A DNA stretch of 64,000 nt, taken from an uncultured Planctomycetaceae bacterium. Lineage in GTDB: Bacteria > Planctomycetota > Planctomycetia > Planctomycetales > Planctomycetaceae. A program made the position numbers and the translations under genes. The DNA lies in NCBI GenBank assembly GCA_963813715.1, contig CAWFAK010000007.1, positions 896,001-960,000 of the forward strand, in the 5' to 3' direction. Of this stretch, positions 20,664-30,019 are shown piece after piece (position 1 is the first letter of the stretch; each line of letters begins with the position of its first letter). Below the pieces are notes generated by a model. That model was given only the letters and a program-made list of their open reading frames with translations, was not told the origin of the DNA and did not search any database.

Positions 20664-20734
20664 TGGACCGCCGGGGAATCGAACCCCGATTTCCTGGTTG
20701 CAAGCCAGGCGTCTTCCCGTTTGACGAGCAGCCC
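20664..20734 (-). tRNA. tRNA-Ala(TGC)
   Basis: CCTGG-CTTGCAA-CCAGG; G3:U70. Confidence 0.9.
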
Positions 20735-20741
20735 GGGTTGG

Positions 20742-20851
20742 AGAGTCCAAAGTCCAAGGTCCAACGTCCAAAGTCGGAAAGACAAAAAGACCGCGGCCGC
20801 CGTCGTCTCTTGTTTTCTGACCTTGCTTTGGACTTTGGACTTCTGGACCTT
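20742..20851. repeat. Heptamer tandem repeats (AAAGTCC-like), direct block plus inverted block
   Basis: agagtcc aaagtcc aaggtcc aacgtcc ... tttggac tttggac ttctggac. Confidence 0.8.
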
Positions 20852-20866
20852 CGCCATTAGGCGAAT

Positions 20867-20942
20867 TGACCGAGGTGGGAGTCGAACCCACAAAGTCACG
20901 GCGCTCTCGACACCGCCGCTTTGCCGGTTTGCGTACTCGGCC
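20867..20942 (-). tRNA. tRNA-Leu(GAG), short variable arm, C33
   Basis: CGGTG-TCGAGAG-CGCCG; Leu-type D loop; A73. Confidence 0.75.
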
Positions 20943-20972
20943 GTTTTTGCACTATCTCCTTCGTTCGATCAG

Positions 20973-21041
20973 TAGCAGGTCCGGGTGTCGCACCCGGCCG
21001 GTGGAGCTTATGAGGCCCCACTGGGCACTGGCCCCCCTGCG
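20973..21041 (-). tRNA. tRNA-Met(CAT)-like, C1 mismatch, reduced D arm
   Basis: GGGGC-CTCATAA-GCTCC; T arm CCGGG-TGCGACA-CCCGG. Confidence 0.65.
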
Positions 21042-21089
21042 TCATCGCGTCAAATAACGCTGCGTGATTCGACGATTCGTTGTTTGAAG

Positions 21090-21172
21090 TGACCAAGGGG
21101 AGAGTCGAACTCCCACGCCCGCGGGGCACGACATTCTGAGTGTCGCGTGTCTGCCAGTTCCACCACTTGGTC
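21090..21172 (-). tRNA. tRNA-Leu(CAG)
   Basis: CGACA-CTCAGAA-TGTCG; long variable arm. Confidence 0.9.
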
Positions 21173-21237
21173 GTTGTCGCATGTTCTCGGCGAGCGTGGT
21201 CGGTTCGTCGATTCGGTTCTGATTGCCTCGATGAAAG

Positions 21238-21310
21238 CGACCCGTGCGGGAGTCGAACCCGCCTTTGCGGCTTGAGGGGCCGCCGTCCTATGCCAATAGA
21301 CGAACGGGCC
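21238..21310 (-). tRNA. tRNA-Glu(CTC), C33
   Basis: GCGGC-CCCTCAA-GCCGC. Confidence 0.85.
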
Positions 21311-21340
21311 GAATTGTTCGTCGCATTTCCAATTGACGAG

Positions 21341-21422
21341 TGCGTCGGGCAGGAGTCGAACCTGCAATGCCATCAGGCGGGTGGTTTACAGTCACTGGGG
21401 CACGCCAATGCCCAGCCGACGC
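21341..21422 (-). tRNA. tRNA-Tyr(GTA)
   Basis: AGTGA-CTGTAAA-CCACC (imperfect stem); variable arm. Confidence 0.8.
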
Positions 21423-21440
21423 GTATTTGTTCTCTCGAAG

Positions 21441-21515
21441 TGGCACGAGTGGGAGTCGAACCCACAGACCACGAAGGTTTGAGCTTCGCCGCTTTGCCAG
21501 TTTGCGTACCGTGCC
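21441..21515 (-). tRNA. tRNA-Leu(CAA), short variable arm
   Basis: CGAAG-CTCAAAC-CTTCG. Confidence 0.8.
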
Positions 21516-21534
21516 CTCTCGCGATTTCTCGAAG

Positions 21535-21609
21535 CGTCTCCGATGGGATTCGAACCCACGATCTCCACCGTGACAGGGTGGCGGGGACGGCCAACTCCCC
21601 TACGAAGAC
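21535..21609 (-). tRNA. tRNA-Asp(GTC)
   Basis: CCACC-CTGTCAC-GGTGG; G73. Confidence 0.9.
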
Positions 21610-21687
21610 CGGCGTTGCCGGCTTGTGCCTCCGGCAGGCAGACGAAGGACCGCAGGGTTATGCTTGCGGTTCGCCTCAATTCTTCAG

Positions 21688-21759
21688 TAATCCCGGATGG
21701 ACTCGAACCATCGTTGCCTGGGTGTAGGCCAGGAGTCGTTGCCGCTGGACCACGGGATC
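21688..21759 (-). tRNA. tRNA-Val(TAC), C33
   Basis: CCTGG-CCTACAC-CCAGG. Confidence 0.85.
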
Positions 21760-21833
21760 TTTTTGTTCTGAACGCGTTGTGCGAATTGGACGGCTCCCGA
21801 TGGTCGCCTTTCTTCGTGTAGTGCGATTAGCAG

Positions 21834-21919
21834 CGGAAGCCGTGGGACTCGAACCCACAATTCGCGCACGGCGAACACCTGTTTTCGGGACAGGCCCCTC
21901 ATCCGGCCGGATGACTTCC
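21834..21919 (-). tRNA. tRNA-Ser(CGA), C33
   Basis: CCTGT-CCCGAAA-ACAGG; long variable arm. Confidence 0.8.
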
Positions 21920-21945
21920 GTGAGATACGAACTTAGCTTTTCCAG

Positions 21946-22021
21946 TTGCGGGGGCTGGAATCGAACCAGCGGCCTCCAGGTTCAGAGCCTGGCGTCACGT
22001 ACCAGCAGCAACTGCCCCGCA
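21946..22021 (-). tRNA. tRNA-Gln(CTG)
   Basis: CCAGG-CTCTGAA-CCTGG; U1:A72. Confidence 0.85.
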
Positions 22022-22066
22022 GCGTGTTTTGCCCTCTTATTAACGAGCGTCCGTCGGTGAAAACTG

Positions 22067-22137
22067 TTCGGGGAGAAGGATTCGAACCTTCATCACCTGC
22101 TTCAAAGGCAGGCAGCCTACCGTTAGCCGATCCCCGA
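22067..22137 (-). tRNA. tRNA-Gln(TTG)
   Basis: CCTGC-CTTTGAA-GCAGG; U1:A72. Confidence 0.85.
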
Positions 22138-22166
22138 GCACGCGCGCTTTCAAATTCCATCCACAA

Positions 22167-22238
22167 AGTGCCCTGCGGGAGTTGAACCCGCCTCGCCGGC
22201 TTGGAAGGCCGGCACCTTTGCCGCTCGGCCAAGGGCAC
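22167..22238 (-). tRNA. tRNA-Gly(TCC)
   Basis: CCGGC-CTTCCAA-GCCGG; U73. Confidence 0.85.
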
Positions 22239-22258
22239 AGTCGTTTCAATTTCTCAGG

Positions 22259-22345
22259 CGGAAGCCGTGGGACTCGAACCCACAAGCGAGTGGTTGCTCG
22301 CCTCCTGTTTTCAAGACAGGACCCTCATCCGGCCGGATGGCTTCC
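22259..22345 (-). tRNA. tRNA-Ser(TGA)
   Basis: CCTGT-CTTGAAA-ACAGG; long variable arm. Confidence 0.85.
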
Positions 22346-22372
22346 GTGAGACAACAAATTTTCGACAGACAG

Positions 22373-22447
22373 CTGCGGCGGCAGGAATCGAACCTGCGTC
22401 GGGATGATTAACAGTCACCTGCCCGTACCAACACGGGCCCCACCGCA
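22373..22447 (-). tRNA. tRNA-Asn(GTT)
   Basis: GGTGA-CTGTTAA-TCATC; U1:A72, G73. Confidence 0.85.
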
Positions 22448-22509
22448 ATGCGACTTCTTCTTCCTCCGGAGAACCGGCGGGCTAACACCCGCGCGCTCGC
22501 CTGCGAAAG

Positions 22510-22580
22510 AGCACCCAGCGGGAGTCGAACCCGCACTTCCGCCCTGGCAAGGCAGCAGGCTGCCGCTACATCATGGGTGC
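22510..22580 (-). tRNA. tRNA-Gly(GCC)
   Basis: CTGCC-TTGCCAG-GGCGG; U73. Confidence 0.85.
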
Positions 22581-22712
22581 GTTTTTTTGTCCTGGTCGAG
22601 TTGTCAAAGAACCATGCACACGGAACGGTCGTCCGCGCAAATTCAAACGCGACGGCCGAAGGGCCGTGCCGAATAACCACGGCGGCCAAAGGGGCCGCGA
22701 AAACTAACGCAG

Positions 22713-22784
22713 AGCACAGGGTGGGACTCGAACCCACGTTTCCGCATTACGGGTGCGGAGTCCTCGCCGCTGAACGACCCGTGC
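22713..22784 (-). tRNA. tRNA-Thr(CGT), C33
   Basis: CCGCA-CCCGTAA-TGCGG. Confidence 0.85.
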
Positions 22785-22831
22785 TTGCCGTTGTCGAACT
22801 GTCGCCGTCAAACTCGTCGTCATCTCATCAG

Positions 22832-22904
22832 TGGGACCAGAGGGACTTGAACCCTCACCGACCTGGTTAAGAGCCAGGCATGCTGCCGCTAACACCTTGA
22901 TCCC
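22832..22904 (-). tRNA. tRNA-Lys(CTT)
   Basis: CCTGG-CTCTTAA-CCAGG. Confidence 0.9.
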
Positions 22905-22920
22905 GTGTGCGTTTCCGAAG

Positions 22921-22992
22921 TGGGGCCGGAGGGATTTGAACCCACGCCTCGCAGATTAAAAGTCTGCTGTGCTACCGTTACACCACGACCCC
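22921..22992 (-). tRNA. tRNA-Lys(TTT)
   Basis: GCAGA-CTTTTAA-TCTGC. Confidence 0.9.
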
Positions 22993-23066
22993 GCGTGTGG
23001 CCGTGGCTCTGTTTCTTCCGGTACCGTCGGGTCACTTTTTTATCTCCGAAAAAAAGCCCAAAAGAG

Positions 23067-23137
23067 TCGCTCGGGGTGGAGTCGAACCACCGTTTTCGCC
23101 TTATCAGAGCGACGTACTTCCGTTGCACTACCGAGCG
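23067..23137 (-). tRNA. tRNA-Ile(GAT)
   Basis: TCGCT-CTGATAA-GGCGA. Confidence 0.85.
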
Positions 23138-23159
23138 TGCTGCTCCTGCATTTCTTCAG

Positions 23160-23231
23160 TCGGGATGGCTGGAATCGAACCAGCTTCCACGTGTTCCCGA
23201 AACACGCGGGCGCCCGGAGCCCTTCATCCCG
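23160..23231 (-). tRNA. tRNA-Pro(CGG)
   Basis: CGTGT-TTCGGGA-ACACG; C1:G72, A73. Confidence 0.85.
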
Positions 23232-23251
23232 TTCTTGTTTGTCTTCTCGAA

Positions 23252-23323
23252 TGACTCGTGCGGGATTTGAACCCGCGTCGCCGCCTTGAAAGGGCAGAAT
23301 CCTCACCGTTAGACGAACGAGCC
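23252..23323 (-). tRNA. tRNA-Glu(TTC)
   Basis: CTGCC-CTTTCAA-GGCGG. Confidence 0.9.
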
Positions 23324-23359
23324 TTTTCTTCGTGCATCAGCGCGCAAGCTGAGCGCAAG

Positions 23360-23431
23360 TGGGTCGGGAGGCGCTCGAATCCTCGTCCCCTGGTTTTCAG
23401 CCAGGCGCTAAACCGTCTCAGCTACCGACCC
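23360..23431 (-). tRNA. tRNA-Phe(GAA), first gene of the array
   Basis: CCTGG-CTGAAAA-CCAGG; T stem has an A/G mismatch. Confidence 0.85.
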
Positions 23432-23491
23432 ATGGTCCGGCCGTGTCGTTCCGCACGTGTTGCCCGGCACGACGAAACAAAAGAGCCAAAC

Positions 23492-23523
23492 AAAAAAAGC
23501 CCGATGTCTTTGTGACACCGGGC
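23492..23523 (-). terminator. Intrinsic terminator/attenuator in the tRNA-array leader
   Basis: GCCCGGTGTC-ACAAA-GACATCGGGC followed by TTTTTTT. Confidence 0.85.
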
Positions 23524-23560
23524 CGACGAGAGTCTTGCTCTCCACAGGGTTGGGCCAGCG

Positions 23561-23680
23561 TCACAAGTGCCGCGGATATGAAAACGGATTCCCACCGGGC
23601 AACGTCTTGGCAATTTGACGTCCCTGCTGGGCGGAATAACCCGCGGATATTTGCATCGAGCTGGGCCAGAGGCATGCCAT
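23561..23680 (-). CDS. Putative leader peptide, 39 aa: MACLWPSSMQISAGYSAQQGRQIAKTLPGGNPFSYPRHL
   Basis: Hand translation; stop codon lies inside the antiterminator strand; in-frame GTG at 23698 is an alternative start. Confidence 0.6.
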   Translation of the reverse strand: MACLWPSSMQISAGYSAQQGRQIAKTLPGGNPFSYPRHL

Positions 23681-23749
23681 GGAACGAGTGCTTTCCACTG
23701 CGTCGTTGATGTCGCGAATCGCAAAAACGTTTGCGACTCGTCTGCTCGC

Positions 23750-23777
23750 TTAGACGCGGCCGGAACACGGAAGGTTC
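23750..23777 (-). promoter_or_regulatory. ECF sigma-like promoter
   Basis: GAACCT-N16-GTCTAA, matching the RpoE-type GAAC..-N16/17-GTC/TC pattern. Confidence 0.6.
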
Positions 23778-23875
23778 ACGGCGATTTCGAGAATTTTTTT
23801 ATTCGCCGGACCGAAGGGGGGGCTGCGTTGCCTTTCTCGCTCGTCGGGCGGACGAGGAGGATTGCGCGCGAAGCT

Positions 23876-26234
23876 TTAGTTCAGCCCCTTCTGCGCCTCG
23901 GCGTTCGAGGGGTCGATCGTCAGAACTTTCCGAAAGCAGTCCTTGGCCTGTTCGTCGCGGTCGAGTGATTTCAGCACCTGGCCGCGCAAGGTCAGCAGGT
24001 TGACCTGGTTCTTGAGCACATTCTCTCGCGTGGCCGGCATTCCCTTGGGGACCGCTTTTTGCCATTGGTCCGGGTGCTCGAGCAGGCGGGTCAGCATGGC
24101 GATGCCGACGCCCAGCTCGCGCTGTTCCTGCTCGCGTGCGTCGGGTGCGATTTCCACGTTGTTGATCTTGATGCCGTCGAGCCGATCCAGCACCTGGCTC
24201 AGAATCGCGTGCGAGCCGACGTCGTCGGGCGCGAGCCGCAGCCGCTGTAGCGTGAAGAAGTACGCCGCCACCGGATCGAGCGCGGCCAGCTTGATGCCTC
24301 CCTGCAGGTCGGCCGGCGTGTAGGGACGGGAGAAGCGATCGGCCAGGCCGACCTCCGCCTGGTTCACCTTGGAGATGCGTCGCCAGGCGACCTGGCGGGC
24401 GGCGTGCAGCTCCGCGCAGCCTGGATCGACCATCAGTCCCCGCTCGATCACGCGGTCGGCCAGTTGCTGATCGTAGAACACGGCTTCGACGTGCGCCCAA
24501 AGATAATAGACGCGCGGATCCATTGGCTCGAGCTTGAGCGCGAGATCCTCCACGGCCGCCACGCGCGGCGCGTCGTTGGTGCGAGTGAGCTGGTCCATGC
24601 GATCGGCAGCGGCCAGTTCGGCGGCCGTCGGCTGGCGGGTGTAGGTCGTCGTGGTGACTTCGACTTTTCCCCCGCCGATATTGCGCCGCGAGCTCGCCGA
24701 CCAGGTTTTCGGCAATCGCATGCGCTCGGCGCTCAGCAGGTTCTCGCTGCCGCGAACTCGGTTGTACTCCGCATAAATCATCAGTTGCAGCGGATCGGTC
24801 GGGTTGAGCGAATCCCCCTGCCCCAGCGCCGGGCCGTTCCCTCCGATCAGCCAGTTGAGCCGCGTGAGTTGCCGCTCGAACTCCAGGTCATTCTGCCCCA
24901 GTGCGCGGATCGCCTTGAGGGTGTCGCTCGCCCGCCGCAGATGCTTGGAAAAGACGTGCGTGTGCGGCGGGTCCTCCATTTTGTAGAGCCATTCGCCCGT
25001 CCGCAGGTTGAGCACCACGTGCGTCTGGTTGCGAGTGCCGAGCGCTTCCTTGGTGGTTTCGAACTGGCGATCGAACCAGAACTCACTCTTTCGGCCGTTG
25101 CCGATCTCGGTGACGACGGGGCTGGCGAGCGCCGTCTTTTTCTCGCGTTCGATCTCATCAACGAGCCGCTTGAAGAGGGCCACTTGCGGGCCGAGATCCT
25201 TCGGATCCTCTTTGACGGCCTGCTCGAGCGCCGCCAGCCCGCGGGTCGCGTCGTCGCGACGGACCGCTTCGACGCGCGTCCACCAGTCGGCCATCTTGTC
25301 GAGGGCCGTACGGATCTCGTCGTCGCTGCGGCCGTCGCGAACGAGGGCCCGCAAGCCGCGGCAAATGCTCTCCGACTTCTGCGCGACGGCCAGCTTGTCG
25401 AAGGTGCCGATCTGCTCGGCGGGCGAATCAAGCGGTATTTCTCCTTCGGGAAAGACAAACTCGCCGATGGGCGACGGCGGGATCAGTTTGTGGCGCGTGT
25501 AAATCTGCACACCGACAGCCGGCTCCCGCTTGGAGAGGGGCGCGCCGGTCGCCGCGTCGAGATATAAAAAAGTGCCGTAGGCCCGGTCGACGACGACGTC
25601 GCGATCGCGGACGGCCAGCATTCGCCAGACGACCTTGCCCTTGGGGGCGTGGGCCTCGGTGTCCGCCAGCTTGACGGGCAGGTGTCGCAGGACGCCGTAC
25701 AACGGATAGGACGTCGGCTCTTCGTTCGAGTTCACTGCGACGGGCGGCTCCGCACCGGGCCGCAGCAGCTGGACGTAAATTTGATCTTCGCGGACGGTGG
25801 GGGCCAGGTCCCACAGTCCGCGGACGGCTTCTTCAGGCGACAAGACACCGTCGGGCAGTGCTGCGGGTCTGGAGGAGGCGTCGAGCGCGTAGGGACTGTT
25901 GAACATCTTGCGGCCCTCGACTCGCACTTCGAGAGCCATCCCTTCGGCCTTCGGCGCGAAATACAAGAACCGTGCACCAACCGGTTCAAAGCGCGAGCGC
26001 GTGTAAGCGCCCCACAAATCGACGCGGAACAGCTTTGCGCCGGCATTCCAATTGACGGCAGCAGCGTTCGCCTGATTGCGAACCGCAGCAAACTCCTGCA
26101 GGCTGGCGGTGGGCTCGCCAGCGGACGGCGGCGACGGCGGCGATTGCTAACCTTGCAGTCGCAACCGCAAAGCCCAATGACAGCCAGGCGACGCGCAGGA
26201 AACGACGCGCCGCGAACCCGTGGCCCGTGTTCAT
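23876..26234 (-). CDS. Secreted TPR-containing hypothetical protein (frameshift near 5' end)
   Basis: C-terminal TPR (AKDCFRKVLTIDPSNAEA); signal-like N-terminus in another frame. Confidence 0.7.
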
Positions 26235-26281
26235 GACCGATCCTCGGCGATTTTTCTGTGGCCCCGGTCCGGGCCGACTCC

Positions 26282-26851
26282 CTATTTCAGCCCGAGCTTC
26301 CGGCCCGCTTCCAGCAGGCCGATCATTTCGCGCAGACGCTTTTGTTTCGTCTCGTCCCGCTTGGCCGAATCGACCCAGGCGATGTAATTCCGCTTGCACG
26401 AGGGAGCGAGCTTTTCAAAATGCTGCCGCGCCCGCGGATTCGCCTGTATCTCTTTGTCCATATAAGACGGGAGCGCTGTGATCGATGGCCGCGGTGCATC
26501 GCCGCTGCGCGCCGTCGGCGGCCGGTCGAGACCGGGCTGGGCGAGCCGCCCCTGTGCTTTCAATTCCGCGTATCGCCGGCGATTGATGGTCGACCAGCGG
26601 CTATCGAGCTTGCGCGGCGTGAACTTTCGCGCGTAGCGATCGTCGTCGAGTCGCCGCACCAGGCTGTCGATCCAGCCGAAGCACAGGGCCTCGTCGATGG
26701 CATCGCCCAGCTCGATCGATTTCTCGCCCGTGTGCTGTTTGTAGAACACGAGCCACACCTCGGGCTCCGCGGCGTGATTTTTTTCGAGCCACTTCCGCCA
26801 CAGCCGGCGGGAGCGCACATCCAGCGTTTTCAGACTCTTGGCCGACATCAT
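26282..26851 (-). CDS. YdeI/OmpD-associated family protein
   Basis: WRKWLEKNH, EALCFGWIDS, FTPRK..SRWS..N, AKRDETKQKR. Confidence 0.9.
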   Translation of the reverse strand: MMSAKSLKTLDVRSRRLWRKWLEKNHAAEPEVWLVFYKQHTGEKSIELGDAIDEALCFGWIDSLVRRLDDDRYARKFTPRKLDSRWSTINRRRYAELKAQGRLAQPGLDRPPTARSGDAPRPSITALPSYMDKEIQANPRARQHFEKLAPSCKRNYIAWVDSAKRDETKQKRLREMIGLLEAGRKLGLK

Positions 26852-26894
26852 TAGACTCAACCTGACACTTGACTCCTGACCGCCCACCCGAGTT

Positions 26895-28580
26895 TCAGGC
26901 GGTGCGGCGTTCCAGGATCTCGCGCACCTCTTTGGTCGGATCGTCTTCAACGTGGCACGGCGTGTCGAAAATCATTGTCGCGCGTTTGTCCGCGGTGTAA
27001 GCCGGCCAGTTTGGCAAGCCGGCGTGGTTCGGATTTCCGTTGCGGGCCATCGCCGCCCAGGCCCCGGCCGTCGCGGCTTCGAGTTCGTGCATCGACGGGT
27101 TGATCGGGCCAACCATGCTCTCGCACAGATCGATGTGGTCGAACGCGAACGGAATTTCCATCGTGTGCGGAGCGTGCAGACTCATCACCGGCGTCTCCCA
27201 CGCAAACACGTAGAGGTACGTCGGTCCTTTGCCAAGCGCCTCGCGGCGTTCCGCCAGGCGGATCGAACTCATCGCCTGGATATCCGTCCCGATGAACGTG
27301 GACAAATCATAAGGGCTCGCCTTGGGGTATTTGCGGCGATAGCTGGCGATCACGTCCGGGGCGGCATCGCCCAGCCCGCGCTTGGCGCTTTTCAAGAGAC
27401 CCGCGTCGTCGAGCTTGCCGAACGTCGGCGAGTCGATGTCGTAAACCGTCCGTTCGGTGCGCGTGTAGCCGACGATGACCGGGATCTCCTCGGAGATGGC
27501 GGGCGCGACCGGATCGAACGGCTGCGTCGGCAGAGCCTTGCCGTCGACGACAGGCCGGGTCCCCAAACCGGGTCGCCCGCTCGCTGGATCCAGGCGGACC
27601 GCGGATGCATCCCCGGCGGCAATCAGCTGCTCGACCGGAATCTTTTGCAGATCGCGAGCCTGCGCGGAAGTCAGCCCGAGCTTTTTCAACACCTTCTGGG
27701 TGAATTCGTTGGCAGTTTCGGGAGTGCCCACGCGTAGGGCCGCGCCGCTTTCAATTGCCGCACGATGAAAAAGCCCCTTGGCGGCGGGCATCGCCAGCAA
27801 AGTCGAGACTTTGGCGCCGCCTCCCGACTGGCCGAAGATCATCACGTTGTTCGGATCGCCGCCGAACTGACTGATGTTGTCGCGGACCCATTGCAAAGCG
27901 GCTACCAGATCGAGCTGGCCGGCATTCCCCGAACCCGCGAACTCCGGCCCGGCAACATCATCGAGATACAGGTATCCGAGGACGTTGAGCCGGTGGTTCA
28001 CGCTCACGACTACCACATCCTGATGTCGCGCCAGACCGCCCCCTTCGTAGCCCAGAGCGCTTCCGCTCCCCTGCTCAAAGCCGCCTCCGTGCATCCAGAC
28101 CATGACGGGCCGCTTGACGCCGTCGTTGAGCCCTTTGCTCCACACGTCGAGGCACAGGCAATCTTCGCTAGGGCCCACCTTCGAGGCAGGACGCAAGACG
28201 CCGAAGAATTCGAGCTGTTTCGCCCCGCGCGGCCGGCGCGATTGCGGTGCGAAATGCCCGTACTCGAAAGCGTCCCGCACGCCCGTCCAGGGCTCTTCTT
28301 GCAGCGGCGGCAGAAATCGCCGCGCGCCGCCGGTCGGCGCGCCATACGGAATCCCCTTGAAGACGTGCACGCCCTGCACGGTCTTGCCCCGCACTTTGCC
28401 CGACCGCGTCGAGACGGGCGGCGTAACATCTGCGGAGCCTTCCTCCGCGTAACTGCGCCAGAGCGCGCCGGGAACCAACGCACCCAGCGTTGCGGCTCCG
28501 GCGAATTTCCCCGCGGTCGCCAGGAACAGCCGACGATCCATTTCCGACCAACGCTCGTTTCGCACCTGTTTTGCGGACAT
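26895..28580 (-). CDS. Carboxylesterase type B, Tat signal
   Basis: FKGIPYG, SEDCL, HGGGF, FGQSGGG. Confidence 0.95.
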   Translation of the reverse strand: MSAKQVRNERWSEMDRRLFLATAGKFAGAATLGALVPGALWRSYAEEGSADVTPPVSTRSGKVRGKTVQGVHVFKGIPYGAPTGGARRFLPPLQEEPWTGVRDAFEYGHFAPQSRRPRGAKQLEFFGVLRPASKVGPSEDCLCLDVWSKGLNDGVKRPVMVWMHGGGFEQGSGSALGYEGGGLARHQDVVVVSVNHRLNVLGYLYLDDVAGPEFAGSGNAGQLDLVAALQWVRDNISQFGGDPNNVMIFGQSGGGAKVSTLLAMPAAKGLFHRAAIESGAALRVGTPETANEFTQKVLKKLGLTSAQARDLQKIPVEQLIAAGDASAVRLDPASGRPGLGTRPVVDGKALPTQPFDPVAPAISEEIPVIVGYTRTERTVYDIDSPTFGKLDDAGLLKSAKRGLGDAAPDVIASYRRKYPKASPYDLSTFIGTDIQAMSSIRLAERREALGKGPTYLYVFAWETPVMSLHAPHTMEIPFAFDHIDLCESMVGPINPSMHELEAATAGAWAAMARNGNPNHAGLPNWPAYTADKRATMIFDTPCHVEDDPTKEVREILERRTA

Positions 28581-28658
28581 CCCAGACTCCTTCACAAAGT
28601 GACTGCAGTTCGTTTGAGAGAGACTTGGATCAAGCGCGACACGTATCGCTCAGTCCGA

Positions 28659-30019
28659 TCAGTTAAACGTGACAAAAATCGTCCCCTCGCTGGCCGCCTT
28701 CCAGTTGGGGACGTGCAGCACGTGGCCGTTCAGGTCGAACGTGATTGTCTCCGGCTTGGCGGTGGGCACGTAGACGTCGGCCGCCGTGATGAACGGCATG
28801 CTCCACATCCCGCCCTCGGGGAGCGCGGCGTCGGTCTTCTTGTTTTGATTGGCGTCGAACAGGTAGAAGCCGACCTTCGTCCCGCGCTCCGGGGCAATTT
28901 TGTCGGTGGCGATCTCGGTGCCGTTCACCTTCAGACTATCGCGACCGGCGATGATTGCGCCGTTGAGTTGCGACACGACCATCATCGACGAGTCATCGGT
29001 GAGGTTGAAGGCCTTCTCCAGTCGCACGGTTGCCGCGTCCTTCGGGTCGCGCGTCTTCAAGTAGACCAAGAGATCGGTTCGCTCGTACGGCTCGCGATAG
29101 AAATGGATGGCGCGCGCCCCGCCCGACGCGAGGCAGAACTCGTAACGCTCGCCCGGCTGGGCGCGGAACGGGCCCCAGCGGCCGTCTTTGTCCACGGTGA
29201 AACTCGCATCCGCCTGCTGGTGCTTTCGCCGGCCGGTGTCTGCCGCAATCTCGTAGACCTCCACGGTCGCCCCAGCGAGCGGCGTGTTGGGGCCGAAGAT
29301 TTTGACGAAACCGCCGACGGCAATCGGCTCCTGGGGACGAACGTCGAGCGTTTGAGGCGCTTTGCCCCCGTTGAAGAATGAAAAGACCTTCTCGAACGAT
29401 TCGGTGCCCGTTGCCGCACCGACGTGGTCCGGCTTCTCGAGCACGACGTGTTGCGCCCCTCTCTTGCTGTTCCGGGTCCGGCAATTTTGTCCCCTTTCGA
29501 TCCGATGACGAGGGTCGGCACGCCCCCTTCGTTGCCGGCCGCCCGCCCCGCGATGTTCGCGTAATGCGCGACCTTGGCCGCGCGCTTCGGATCCGACAGG
29601 TAATCCTTGCTGACCCCCGTTCCCCGCGAATGGCCGACGAGATCGATCTTGTCGAAACCGGTGCGTGCGCGGACCGCATCGATGAATTTGTCCAACGGCT
29701 CGGCTCCGCCGCTGGGTCCCATCGAGTTGTAGTCGTAAACGTTGATCCACGTCGGCGGATAGCCGTTGCTCTCGAAGAGCTTCGCGGGCCGTTCGTATTG
29801 TTCGCCCGAGCCGGCGAAGCCGTGGACGAAGACGATCGGGCGAAACGATTTGTTGGCCCCCGCATCCACGTCGCCGCTCCAGCGCAGCGCTTCATCGGCG
29901 GCCATGGCCCGGGGACCGACGGCGATTGCCGCGAGGCAGACGGCCCGCGTGATGGCTTGCCGCAGATTGAAGTGACCGTCCGGCTTCGAGCTGCCCCGCT
30001 TCATCAGGTTTCGCTTCAT
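28659..30019 (-). CDS. Secreted alpha/beta-hydrolase lipase with C-terminal domain (frameshift ~29450)
   Basis: PIVFVHGFAGS, LVGHSRG, DHVGAAT. Confidence 0.8.

Noticed and set aside
18718..23431. Array as a CRISPR locus (recurrent GGAGTCGAACC)
   Set aside because: The recurrent motif is the reverse complement of tRNA T-arms; there are no identical repeats and no cas genes.
18718..23431. Suppressor, Sec or Pyl tRNAs
   Set aside because: No CTA, TTA or TCA anticodon on the coding strand; TAA and TGA anticodons read Leu and Ser codons.
18700..23500. Numerous 60-330 aa ORFs over the tRNA array
   Set aside because: Shadow ORFs of tRNA genes with no protein motifs; only the HNH is credible.
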